A DNA stretch of 64,000 nucleotides from an uncultured Nitrososphaerota archaeon (GTDB lineage: Archaea; Korarchaeota; Korarchaeia; Korarchaeales; Korarchaeaceae), in NCBI GenBank assembly GCA_964618805.1, contig CAZUBM010000004.1, forward strand, positions 32,001 through 96,000, read 5' to 3'. This document shows, piece after piece, positions 37,195 to 46,217 of this stretch. The position numbers were made by a program, and so were the translations under genes. Within the stretch, counting starts at the first letter, position 1. Each line of letters begins with the position of its first letter. Below the pieces are notes generated by a model. The model was given only the letters and a program-made list of their open reading frames with translations, had not been told where the DNA came from and searched no databases.

Positions 37195-38423
37195 CTCACC
37201 CCCCTAATCCTAAGAACGGGCTCTGGTCCCTTCACCTTGGCCTCAAGAACCTCTTCAAAGATCTTCTTGAGAAGCTTTGGAGGCATATCTCTTCCTCCAA
37301 GTCCGTAAACAAAGTCGACCATCGTTGGCGCATCCTTAGCTCCGTAAAGTGCTGCGCATAAATCGGAATAGAGCTGACCGAAGTGCCCGAAGCTTATGCC
37401 CCTATCAAGGACGCCGACAGCGTCGTAGTTTAAGAGAACCTTCCTCAAAAGTTCTCTTGGGAAGGGTCTGAAAACCCTTATCCTAATTGATCCAACCTTC
37501 TTTCCCTCCTCTCTAAGTTCATCTACCACAGTCTTTGTGGTTCCCATCGTAGATCCTAGGCCTACAACCACGATATCCGCATCCTCTGTTTTATAGGGCT
37601 CAATAAACCCATTTCCATAAGATCTGCCGCTTATCTCAGCATATTCCCTGTGAACACGCTCTATGACCTTGAAAGATCTTTCCATGGCCTCTATTTGCTG
37701 CCTCTTATGTTCAAAGTAGTAGTCAAACAAGTCAAGAGGCCCAAAAGTAAGTGGATATTTGGGGTTCAGCATGAGAGGCACTTCCCTGTCCCCATAAATG
37801 TCGGGGACCTTTATTCTTGGGACCTTTCTAGTCCCAAGAAATTCATGGACAACTTCATCTGGCAGTAAAGAGACGTTTTGAAGCGTGTGGCTTATGAGGA
37901 AGCCGTCTAGCGTAACCATAGTCGGAAGCAGGACTTCAGGATCCTCAGATATCTTGAAGGCCTGTATGATGCTATCATATGCCTCCTGAGCATCTTCACA
38001 ATAAATCTGGATCCAACCAGAGTCTCTAGCTCCCATAGAATCGTTATGATCGCAGTGAATGTTAATGGGTCCCGACGGAGCCCTGTTAACAACGGCCATA
38101 ACTACTGGCATCCTGAGCGAAGCCGTTATGTAAAGTATCTCAAACATTAACTGAAGCCCGTTAGCGGCTGTAGCCGTAAAAGCTCTTGCACCTGCGGCAG
38201 CAGCTCCAATGCATGCGCTTAACGCACTGTGCTCGCTCTCCACCTTAATAAACTCAATGTCAACTTCTCCGTTATGGACGAAATCAGATATCCTCTCAAC
38301 GATTATGGTCTGTGGAGTTATTGGATAAGCTGAAACTACATCGACATTGCTTTGTTTAACAGCCCAAGCAACAGCCTCATCTCCATTAAGAGCCATCATC
38401 TTTTGCTTAACAACCTTCTGCAT
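37191..38423 (-). CDS. porA: Pyruvate/2-oxoacid:ferredoxin oxidoreductase alpha subunit
   Basis: AYPITPQT, ESEHSALS, FRPFP, GLGGRD. Confidence 0.93.
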   Translation of the reverse strand: MQKVVKQKMMALNGDEAVAWAVKQSNVDVVSAYPITPQTIIVERISDFVHNGEVDIEFIKVESEHSALSACIGAAAAGARAFTATAANGLQLMFEILYITASLRMPVVMAVVNRAPSGPINIHCDHNDSMGARDSGWIQIYCEDAQEAYDSIIQAFKISEDPEVLLPTMVTLDGFLISHTLQNVSLLPDEVVHEFLGTRKVPRIKVPDIYGDREVPLMLNPKYPLTFGPLDLFDYYFEHKRQQIEAMERSFKVIERVHREYAEISGRSYGNGFIEPYKTEDADIVVVGLGSTMGTTKTVVDELREEGKKVGSIRIRVFRPFPRELLRKVLLNYDAVGVLDRGISFGHFGQLYSDLCAALYGAKDAPTMVDFVYGLGGRDMPPKLLKKIFEEVLEAKVKGPEPVLRIRGVR

Positions 38424-38427
38424 ACCA

Positions 38428-38694
38428 TCACCTTACCATCTCAATCGCTTTCACAGGACATTCCTCTGCACAAATGCCACATCCCTTGCAGTAGTCGTAA
38501 TTAGGTTCTGGAACACTCTCTCCATCCCACTGAATGGCTGAATCAGGGCAAAAAACCCAACAGTTGCCGCATTTTATGCATTTCTCTTCATCGATTACAG
38601 GTCTGAATACCTTCCAATCCCCCGTGTGGTATTCAGTCGACTTAAGGAATGGTATTCCTGCTATAGGTATCTCCCGCCAACCTCTTTTGTTCAT
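38428..38694 (-). CDS. porD: 2-oxoacid:ferredoxin oxidoreductase delta subunit (2x[4Fe-4S])
   Basis: TGDWKVFRP, CIKCGNCWVFCP, YCKGCGICAEECP. Confidence 0.93.
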   Translation of the reverse strand: MNKRGWREIPIAGIPFLKSTEYHTGDWKVFRPVIDEEKCIKCGNCWVFCPDSAIQWDGESVPEPNYDYCKGCGICAEECPVKAIEMVR

Positions 38695-39248
38695 CCTGTC
38701 CTCACCTCCTTTAGGGCTCGCTCAATTGCTCTTATGTTCTTCTCACCGACCTCTCCTGGCCACCTCTCCCTCACAACGGACTTAATTGCATCCAAAGGAA
38801 CAACAGAAGCTGCTTTGAGCAAAGCACCCAACATAGGCGTGTTTGTTATAGCCCTACCCATCTCCTCAAGTGCTATTGTGGTAGCATCTACTGTCCAGAC
38901 CTTTACGTCCTTTGGAACTCCTAGCTTTCTCCTTATCTCCTCAGGACTGTCCGATGTGTTCACGAGAAAATGGCCATTAGGCTTTATTCCAGCTAAAATT
39001 GATGTTCCGCTCTCTAACAAGGTTGGATCGATTACTATGACTATATCTGGCTCATATATGCTTGCATGAATTACTATTGGTTTATCATCAATCCTGTTGT
39101 ATGCCTGAACAGGTGCCCCAGTCCTCTCCGGACCAAACTCTGGGAACGACTGCGCATATTTATCCGTCTTTATGGCTGCGGTGGCCAGGAGTATGGATGC
39201 ACTCCAGACACCTTGACCTCCTCTTCCATGCCATCTTATCTCAAGCAT
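38691..39248 (-). CDS. porG: 2-oxoacid:ferredoxin oxidoreductase gamma subunit
   Basis: EIRWHGRGGQG, FGPERTGAPV, NTPMLGA. Confidence 0.93.
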   Translation of the reverse strand: MLEIRWHGRGGQGVWSASILLATAAIKTDKYAQSFPEFGPERTGAPVQAYNRIDDKPIVIHASIYEPDIVIVIDPTLLESGTSILAGIKPNGHFLVNTSDSPEEIRRKLGVPKDVKVWTVDATTIALEEMGRAITNTPMLGALLKAASVVPLDAIKSVVRERWPGEVGEKNIRAIERALKEVRTG

Positions 39249-39398
39249 TGTAGAACGCCTGAGGAATTGGTTGTGTCATTCAGTTAAAAACTTGAAATAG
39301 AAGATTTAAACGAGCTCTTAAGGCTTATTTTTGTGAAATTCGTAAGAAGACAGATGTTAAGAACTTCTACTTCATGAAAATCAATTATGGAGGCTCGC

Positions 39399-40514
39399 TT
39401 ATGATAGACAAATCACTGGTGCCTTAGGAAATCTACCTAAATTAATCCATTCGCAAGGCGATGCATTTGCAAGGATAATTCTTATCCCAATAGGTTTTCT
39501 CTTCCTAAAGGCTAAGACCATTGCATCTCTGAAAAGCTCTGCTAGATCCTTCTCCCTTACGGAGGAAGATAGAATCACCATGTCCAAGCCAGCAACAGAA
39601 ACAGATATCATGGACACCAGATCCATTGCAGAAATTGAACCAGAGGCACCCAACTCTTTTAACCTGTTGTCTTCAGCTAGGGGCAACATTACCTCATTAA
39701 ACCCTGTCGTTCGGAAATATTTGGATAGCCCTGAAATCGAGATATTGAGCTTATGGATTGCATTTAGAGTTCCAGGCATTCCAAAGGTTGCTCCAGATAT
39801 TGTCTCTATGATGCGAGCTGCACTCTCCTCCATCCAAGGGGAGAGGGAAGCGTCTATCCCTATGAACTCAAATCCTTGGTCCAAGCACGCTAATCTAATA
39901 TCTTGGACGACCGGGTAGAATAAAGATAACAAGATTTCACCTAGACTTTCTCCATTTGAAGAAAGAAGTTTATCATGAAGGCTTCCTGCATACCTTAAGC
40001 ATGCAGATACCCCTCTTCTAATCGATATAGAAGCTGGAAAGTATGGCGTCTCAGGAGGACCTCCATATGCAATTGCAAATCTAGTACAGGCCTCTGATCC
40101 TGCTTTCTCGTAGATTTTCTTGATGAGATCTGCCATTGGGAGAAGATTTAAACCGCAAGGATCATCCCTAAGATTCCCTGCCTTGATGTTGTAGAATATT
40201 CTGGAAGTCTCAGAAAGGGAGGTAGAAAGTTGGTCAGCTATCTTCTCAGGATCTTGCTTTCCCAGAGGTATGACAGCATAGTCAATTCCCGAATCTGACA
40301 AGGATTCCTCTATTCGCTCCGATACTTTAAGGAGATCCTCTCTCTTGAAATTAAGTTGAGGAAATACGGCTCTTTTGGTCCATATTTTTGACTTTGAGAA
40401 CCTTTCTATCTTTTTGAACCTCTCTGAATCTTCTAAAAGCTGATCTATTAGGTAATCAACACTCTTTTTCCTTGAAGGAGAAATATGGTATGTTAGGGCT
40501 CTTATTAAAACCAT
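39399..40514 (-). CDS. DUF711-family protein
   Basis: IRALT, TPYFPA, GIDASLSPW, GFNEVMLPLAED, GLDMV. Start re-placed at ATG 40514. Confidence 0.8.
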   Translation of the reverse strand: MVLIRALTYHISPSRKKSVDYLIDQLLEDSERFKKIERFSKSKIWTKRAVFPQLNFKREDLLKVSERIEESLSDSGIDYAVIPLGKQDPEKIADQLSTSLSETSRIFYNIKAGNLRDDPCGLNLLPMADLIKKIYEKAGSEACTRFAIAYGGPPETPYFPASISIRRGVSACLRYAGSLHDKLLSSNGESLGEILLSLFYPVVQDIRLACLDQGFEFIGIDASLSPWMEESAARIIETISGATFGMPGTLNAIHKLNISISGLSKYFRTTGFNEVMLPLAEDNRLKELGASGSISAMDLVSMISVSVAGLDMVILSSSVREKDLAELFRDAMVLAFRKRKPIGIRIILANASPCEWINLGRFPKAPVICLS

Positions 40515-40641
40515 ACACGGCGCTAGATTATGGAAATCTAAAAAAGTTGTGCTTAATTTGAGACAAACGAAACCAAAAAGTGAAGACCAATATTCCACTG
40601 GATTAAGAGCGTTTAAATAGCCTAGTACAATTCTCATGTAG

Positions 40642-41346
40642 GTGTTTGGGATGGTTCAAAAGCACAGACTTTTGGACGATAAGACCAGAAGAACATTGGA
40701 GGAAAGATTTCAAAGAGATCTGGAGGAGGAGGTTCACATAGTTTTATTTAAGGGTCTTGGAAATGAGGAATATGAGAGCTGGTGTGAAAGGCTGTTATTG
40801 GAGCTTGAAGAGCTGTCAGAAAAGATAAAGGTCTCTGTCTTTAATGTGCTCGAAAAAACTGATCTTATTGAAAAATACGAGATAATAAGCACTCCAACAA
40901 TATTAATTTCCCCAGAAAAAGGCTATAAGATAAGATGCGCGGGTAGCCCGATGGGATACGAAGCCTGGTCGTTTATTGAGACGATAGTAGCAGTATCAAA
41001 GGGGGAGAGCGGTCTAGGATTAAGGGCAAGGGAAGTAGCTAGGGAGATCATAAATAGGGGAATTGAGGTAAAAGCATCTGTTTTTGTAACTCCTTCATGT
41101 CCTTACTGCCCTCAGCAAGTCCTAGCTGCAAACAAATTTGCCATAGAGGCTAAGGGCTACTTCACAGCAGAGTGCGTGGAAGCCCAGGAGAATATGGATC
41201 TTGCCATGAAGTTCAACGTTACCGGCGTTCCTCATACTGTAATTTTCGTAAAGGAGGATAATGGATGGGTTCCAAAGAGAGACGATTTGGTTGGACTTAG
41301 ACCTGAGGATATGTTTGCTGAAGAAATCCTAGAAGCGATAGGGTGA
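40642..41346 (+). CDS. Protein disulfide oxidoreductase (tandem thioredoxin folds)
   Basis: PMGYE..SFIE, FVTPSCPYCP, VTGVP. The N-terminal CxxC is not retained. Confidence 0.85.
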   Translation: MFGMVQKHRLLDDKTRRTLEERFQRDLEEEVHIVLFKGLGNEEYESWCERLLLELEELSEKIKVSVFNVLEKTDLIEKYEIISTPTILISPEKGYKIRCAGSPMGYEAWSFIETIVAVSKGESGLGLRAREVAREIINRGIEVKASVFVTPSCPYCPQQVLAANKFAIEAKGYFTAECVEAQENMDLAMKFNVTGVPHTVIFVKEDNGWVPKRDDLVGLRPEDMFAEEILEAIG

Positions 41347-41352
41347 ATCAAA

Positions 41353-42228
41353 TTGGCCAAGATATTGCTGCTTAATGATGATGGGCCCAATAGCCCACCC
41401 TTCTTAGCTTTCTGGAGGGAACTTATGAGATCTAATATCGGAGAACTTTATACCATAACTCCAGAGCATGAAATGAGCGCAGCTGGTAAGGGACTAACGC
41501 TTCATAAACCCCTTAGACTTTACAAAAGAGTTATTGAGGTGGATGGAGAGAAAGGAATACTCTACCTAACTAATGGAACTCCAGGAGATTGTGTTGTAGT
41601 TGCTATAGACCTTATAATAGGGTCAAAGCCAGATCTGGTGATTTCCGGAATAAACAAAGGCGATAATACGACGATAGACAACCTCTTCACAAGCGGGACC
41701 ATAGCTGGTGCACTCCAAGGGGTTCTAAATGGGGCCAAAGCAGCAGCTTTTTCTACAGAGATACCAATAGGCGAGTTTGAGCTTGAAATAGATCACTTTA
41801 AGCCTCACGCAAAGATAGCGGTGAGGATAGCCAAGTGGCTAGTTGAGAACGAACTTCCTGGAATTCATCTTCTTAACGTAAACTTTCCGTACAGAGTTAC
41901 GGAAAAGACTCCAATAAAGCTGACAAAGCTTGGTTGGACAAAATTCACTAATTACGTTCTCGAGAGATTAGATCCAAGGGGAAGACCATATTACTGGATA
42001 GCTAGCACGTTCAAAGATCTCACAACTGAGGGACCCGAAACAGATGTTTACGCGTTGGAGGCAGAAAAGGCGATTTCGATAACACCAATAAAGCTGGATC
42101 TTAGCATATTCGGCTTTGTGGAAAAGGATCCTACTCTGCTGAAGAAACAGGCAGAAGAAGCCATTAAAAAGCTGAATGAGCTTATTTCAATCCTTGAAAA
42201 AATGAAAGAAGAGATTTTTATCTGCTAA
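41353..42228 (+). CDS. surE: 5'/3'-nucleotidase SurE
   Basis: ILLLNDDG, GTPGDCV, SGINKGDN, SGTIAGA, LNVNFP, DPRGRPYYW. Confidence 0.93.
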   Translation: MAKILLLNDDGPNSPPFLAFWRELMRSNIGELYTITPEHEMSAAGKGLTLHKPLRLYKRVIEVDGEKGILYLTNGTPGDCVVVAIDLIIGSKPDLVISGINKGDNTTIDNLFTSGTIAGALQGVLNGAKAAAFSTEIPIGEFELEIDHFKPHAKIAVRIAKWLVENELPGIHLLNVNFPYRVTEKTPIKLTKLGWTKFTNYVLERLDPRGRPYYWIASTFKDLTTEGPETDVYALEAEKAISITPIKLDLSIFGFVEKDPTLLKKQAEEAIKKLNELISILEKMKEEIFIC

Positions 42229-42668
42229 CGGTCTTTAATGAGCTTAATACCATATTGACTTACTATTTCCCTAGAGAGTTTTTGAGAGATCGCAATTATG
42301 AATATCTCAGCAGTTACTTGAACCTCTCCTTCCAAAAGATGTCCTGCAACAACGCCTTTCTTGGTTCCAAGCACAACATGTAGATGTGGGAGTAGTTTGC
42401 CGTCAGGTAGCACTGAAATGTTCCCTTGAAGAGAAGCAAGCTCAGAAAAGCCCTCAATGTACTCTGGTTCATATTCCCCTCTCTCGGGAGAGAACACTCC
42501 AACTTTTGCCCTTTTTACTCCCCCTATTCCCGTTACAAGCGCTCCTTTTATTCCTCTCTTCTCCGCAACCTCAGTTAACTTAGCGATTATCTCATCTCCA
42601 TCCTCCAACCTTAGAAAAATTACTTCTTTTACAGAACCAGGAAGTCCGGGCAAGGTTTCTTGACTCAT
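42225..42668 (-). CDS. PPC/DUF296 domain protein
   Basis: RLEDGDEI, GIGG, ELASLQGNI, HLHVVLG..AGHL. Confidence 0.88.
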   Translation of the reverse strand: MSQETLPGLPGSVKEVIFLRLEDGDEIIAKLTEVAEKRGIKGALVTGIGGVKRAKVGVFSPERGEYEPEYIEGFSELASLQGNISVLPDGKLLPHLHVVLGTKKGVVAGHLLEGEVQVTAEIFIIAISQKLSREIVSQYGIKLIKDR

Positions 42669-42790
42669 TCTTCCACCCCTTTGGCTTAAGGTCCTCAACA
42701 TAATAAAGCCTTCTCAAACAAATTTTGCGCATCTAGCAAAATGAGTTTTGTGATGAATGACACCATTTTAATAATTCGAGCCAAGATGCT

Positions 42791-43933
42791 GTGAAGGATA
42801 TGATCCCTATAGCTAGGCCAATTTTAGGCGAAGATGAGATAAATGCGGTTGGAGATGTCCTTCAAAGCGGGCAACTTGCTCAAGGCCCAAAAGTCAAGGA
42901 ATTTGAGGAAAAGTTCGCAGAATACATCGGCACTAAGTACGCTGTTGCAGTTTCCAACGGAACAGCCGCTCTTCAACTGGCTCTAATAGCGTTAGGCGTC
43001 AGACCAGGAGACGAGGTCATAACAAGCCCACTAAGTTTCTTTGCAAGCGCAAGCTCCATACTCCTAATAGGGGCAAAACCTGTATTTGTGGATGTGGAGG
43101 AGAGAACATATAACATAGATCCTAAAAAGATAAGAGCAGCTATTACCCCGAAAACGAAAGCAATAATGGTTGTCCATTTACACGGTCATCCTGCTGACAT
43201 GGACCCAATACTTGAGGTAGCAAGGGAGGAAAGTATCCCAGTGCTTGAAGACGCTGCACAAGCTCATGGTGCCGAGTACAAGGGGAAAAAAGCTGGCTCA
43301 TTGGGAGATGCTGCAGCGTTCAGCTTCTATGCAACAAAGAATATGACTACAGGGGAGGGTGGAATGATTACCACTGATTCTAAGGAAATTGCTGAGATGG
43401 TTTCCCTTCTAAGGCACCACGGACAAACCTCCAGATACATCCATAATTATCTAGGATATAACATGAGGATGACAGAATTGCAGGCAGCTATAGGATTGGT
43501 TCAGCTAAGGAAGCTTGATGCAAACAACGAGAGACGTAGGAAAATAGCTAAGAGATATTCTGAAGAGCTATCAGATCTTAAGGAACTCATTCTACCTATA
43601 GAAGAACCGTGGGCTAAGCATTCATGGCATCTCTATGCCGTTAGGACGGAAAAGAGTAAAAGAGATTCTTTGATAAGCAAACTGAGGGAGCTTGGTGTAG
43701 ATGCAAGGCCCACTTATCCAATACCTTTGCACAAACAGCCAATTATGGAAAAACTGGGCGATGAAGGAAGGAACTTTCTAGCTAGGATTTTCTCTACAAT
43801 TTCTTACTCAAATGTTTCAATGCCCATAGCTGAAAAGCTAACTAAAGAGCTCTTTTACATACCCATCTACCATAATCTCTCGGATGAAGAAGTTTCCAAG
43901 GTAATCTACTCGGTCAGAAAGGCTCTTTCCTAA
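42791..43933 (+). CDS. DegT/DnrJ/EryC1/StrS sugar aminotransferase
   Basis: SNGTAAL, EDAAQAHG, FSFYATKNMTTGEGG (PLP Lys present), GYNMRM. Confidence 0.93.
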   Translation: MKDMIPIARPILGEDEINAVGDVLQSGQLAQGPKVKEFEEKFAEYIGTKYAVAVSNGTAALQLALIALGVRPGDEVITSPLSFFASASSILLIGAKPVFVDVEERTYNIDPKKIRAAITPKTKAIMVVHLHGHPADMDPILEVAREESIPVLEDAAQAHGAEYKGKKAGSLGDAAAFSFYATKNMTTGEGGMITTDSKEIAEMVSLLRHHGQTSRYIHNYLGYNMRMTELQAAIGLVQLRKLDANNERRRKIAKRYSEELSDLKELILPIEEPWAKHSWHLYAVRTEKSKRDSLISKLRELGVDARPTYPIPLHKQPIMEKLGDEGRNFLARIFSTISYSNVSMPIAEKLTKELFYIPIYHNLSDEEVSKVIYSVRKALS

Positions 43934-43936
43934 AGC

Positions 43937-44275
43937 TTGCCGAAAGTTATATTTGCGGAGGACTTTTTGGCAGTGATGGCGGGGAGTGTAATGGAACAAA
44001 CAGATCCCTTCGAAAAATCCATCTATAGAGTTGCAATTTCACTAGTGATATTTGGACTAGGCCTTTTATCAACTCTCTTCGTAATAGCAATGATCCTCTT
44101 CATTAAAGAAATGGGAGAAGGAAGAGCATCTCCTAGTGGTTATACAGCTGACCTCGTAGCATCATTAACAAGGATACTTCCTCTAACTATAGCTTTAGCA
44201 GCAGCTCTAATAATGCTTAACAAGGGGCTCAGCCTCCTTCTCAGGATGAGAGAGCTTTCTGAGAGCGCCCAATAG
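43937..44275 (+). CDS. Small hypothetical membrane protein
   Basis: Two hydrophobic helices; follows the aminotransferase gene. Confidence 0.55.
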   Translation: MPKVIFAEDFLAVMAGSVMEQTDPFEKSIYRVAISLVIFGLGLLSTLFVIAMILFIKEMGEGRASPSGYTADLVASLTRILPLTIALAAALIMLNKGLSLLLRMRELSESAQ

Positions 44276-44346
44276 ATTTATTCTTCATTTCTGCTTGAGA
44301 GGAAACTTTCCACTGTAAGCAAGAGATTTTTCAGCAGGTAAAGGCG

Positions 44347-44946
44347 TCAGATTTCTTTTAGAATGCTGTTCAATTTCTCAGATGCTTTTAGCGAAACCTT
44401 CTTGTGAAGGTTATCCCCGCATGAGTCAATTGCAACTAGCAATGGCCCGAAATTCTCGACTTCGAGGACCCACATAGCCTCTGGAATTCCAAGATCTAAC
44501 CAAAAGACTTCTTTTACCCTTCTTACGGCTTTGATCGCTAAAGCGGATGCTCCACCAGGGAAAGTTGCATAAAATGCTCCAAATCTCTTCATAGCCTCAG
44601 CAGTTTTGTCTCCCATTCCTCCTTTACCTATTACAGCACGTATTCCAGTTTTCTGTATGAACTCAGCCTCGAATATCTCCATCCTCGTGCTCGTTGTAGG
44701 TCCACCACCAAAAATCTGCCACTCTTCACCCACTTTCTTAATGACGGGCCCACAATGGTAGATTGCTAGACCTTTCAGATCTATGGGTAATTTCTCTCCT
44801 TTATTCAAGACCTCAAGTACTCGCCTATGAGCAGCGTCCCTTGCAGTCACAATGGTTCCAGAAAGATAGACTACATCACCAACTCTGAGCTTTCTAGCAT
44901 CCTCCTCAGGTATAGGTGTTTCTAATCTATATTCAGCCATATCCAT
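44347..44946 (-). CDS. Class I fumarate hydratase/tartrate dehydratase beta subunit
   Basis: TARDAAH, YHCGP, GPTTSTRM, IGKGGM, LGIPEAMW. Confidence 0.92.
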   Translation of the reverse strand: MDMAEYRLETPIPEEDARKLRVGDVVYLSGTIVTARDAAHRRVLEVLNKGEKLPIDLKGLAIYHCGPVIKKVGEEWQIFGGGPTTSTRMEIFEAEFIQKTGIRAVIGKGGMGDKTAEAMKRFGAFYATFPGGASALAIKAVRRVKEVFWLDLGIPEAMWVLEVENFGPLLVAIDSCGDNLHKKVSLKASEKLNSILKEI

Positions 44947-44950
44947 CACC

Positions 44951-45820
44951 TCAAGGCATGAGGATCTGGTAAGATCCATCCCTCTTGAACTTAGCGATTC
45001 CTCTTCTAGATGCCCAGCACATAGTACATACGCCTACCGGAAGGCTTGCAGGATGTCGATGTGCCCACTCAATGCTTACTCCCAGCACGGTTATCTTGCC
45101 ACCGACGCCCATTGGACCAATTCCTAGAGAATTTAAGGCTGAAAAGAGCTCCTCTTCTAATTTTGCAATTTTTTCATCAGGATTTCTCTCATCTAACCTC
45201 CTAAAGAGAGCTTTCTTAGCTAAAACCATTGCAAAGTCCTCTGCTCCTCCTATACCAACTCCCACTATTATTGGAGGACATGGCTTGGCTCCAGCCTCGA
45301 AAACTGCCCTTAAAACGACCTCCTTTACACCTCTTATACCTAATCCTGGACTTATCATATAGAGCCGGCTTGTGTTTGCGCTTCCCCCTCCCTTGGGCAT
45401 GAACTTCACAGTTAGCTCATCTCCAGGAACTATCTCGTAATGAATTATCGGTACAAATCTTCCGACATTATCCCCACTATTCTTCCCTGTGAAGGGATTA
45501 ACAGCGTTGGGCCTTAGAGGAATTTCTTGGGTTGCTTTTCTAATGACTTCCTCAAAGATTGGTCTCAGGTTTCTGACAGGAAAGTTCTCGCCGATTTCAA
45601 CGAAGAACGTCGGAGTTCCAGTATCCTGACAAATCGGCAAATTCTCTTTTAGAGCAAGTTCGGCATCTTTTAGCAAGGCTTCTAGCTGAGATTTGGCCAA
45701 ATCGCTTTCTTCTGTTTCAAAAGCTCTTCTTAGAGCGGTAAGCACATCATCCGGAAGCTTTACTGAGGTCTTCTTTACAAGCTGAAACAAGCCTTCTTCC
45801 AACAGTTTAACGCTAGACAT
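44951..45820 (-). CDS. Class I fumarate hydratase/tartrate dehydratase alpha subunit
   Basis: PICQDTG, PKGGGS.N, PCPP, GIGPMG.GG, HPASLPV..MCWA. Confidence 0.92.
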   Translation of the reverse strand: MSSVKLLEEGLFQLVKKTSVKLPDDVLTALRRAFETEESDLAKSQLEALLKDAELALKENLPICQDTGTPTFFVEIGENFPVRNLRPIFEEVIRKATQEIPLRPNAVNPFTGKNSGDNVGRFVPIIHYEIVPGDELTVKFMPKGGGSANTSRLYMISPGLGIRGVKEVVLRAVFEAGAKPCPPIIVGVGIGGAEDFAMVLAKKALFRRLDERNPDEKIAKLEEELFSALNSLGIGPMGVGGKITVLGVSIEWAHRHPASLPVGVCTMCWASRRGIAKFKRDGSYQILMP

Positions 45821-45940
45821 CTCGCTCAGTAGCGTGTTGAAATCAATAAACTTTAACCCCTTCGTTGTATGTGATAAACGCTTAGAGTGACATGGTTGAG
45901 AAAAGGATATTAATTGGATGAGTAAATCCAATATTTAGCT

Positions 45941-46206
45941 ATGAAGGTGAAGATCAGGCTATTCGCATCATTTAGGGAGATCGCAGGAAAAAAGAAGCTG
46001 AATTAGATGTTCCAGAAAATTCAATGGTTTTGGATGTAATTAAGAAATTGGCAGAACATTTTCCAAAACTAAAGGAGAGGCTTCTAGAAGGAGATAATAT
46101 GAAAGATGACTATCATGTTGTTAAAGGGGGAAGATGGCTTAAGGAGAATGATCTATTGCTGGACGGGGATCAGATCGCGATATTCCCCATGTTAGGGGGA
46201 GGGTAA
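45941..46206 (+). pseudogene. MoaD/ThiS/SAMP ubiquitin-like sulfur carrier, split by a -1 frameshift
   Basis: Frame 0 MKVKIRLFASFREIAGKK stops at 46006; the -1 frame continues EAELDVPENSMVLDVI...DGDQIAIFPMLGGG. The junction is A_AAA_AAG at 45988-45994. Confidence 0.85.
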
Positions 46207-46217
46207 AGTGAGCTATT

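Noticed and set aside
42749-42795. Second C/D-box sRNA (GTGATGA)
   Set aside because: No properly spaced CTGA D or D' boxes, and it overlaps the aminotransferase promoter region.
45915-45934. ATTGGAT-N6-ATCCAAT palindrome as a dif site
   Set aside because: The arms are only 7 bp and lack the inner TATAA/TTATA of 11-6-11 archaeal dif sites. At most a weak operator candidate; no convincing dif site was found by eye in the window.
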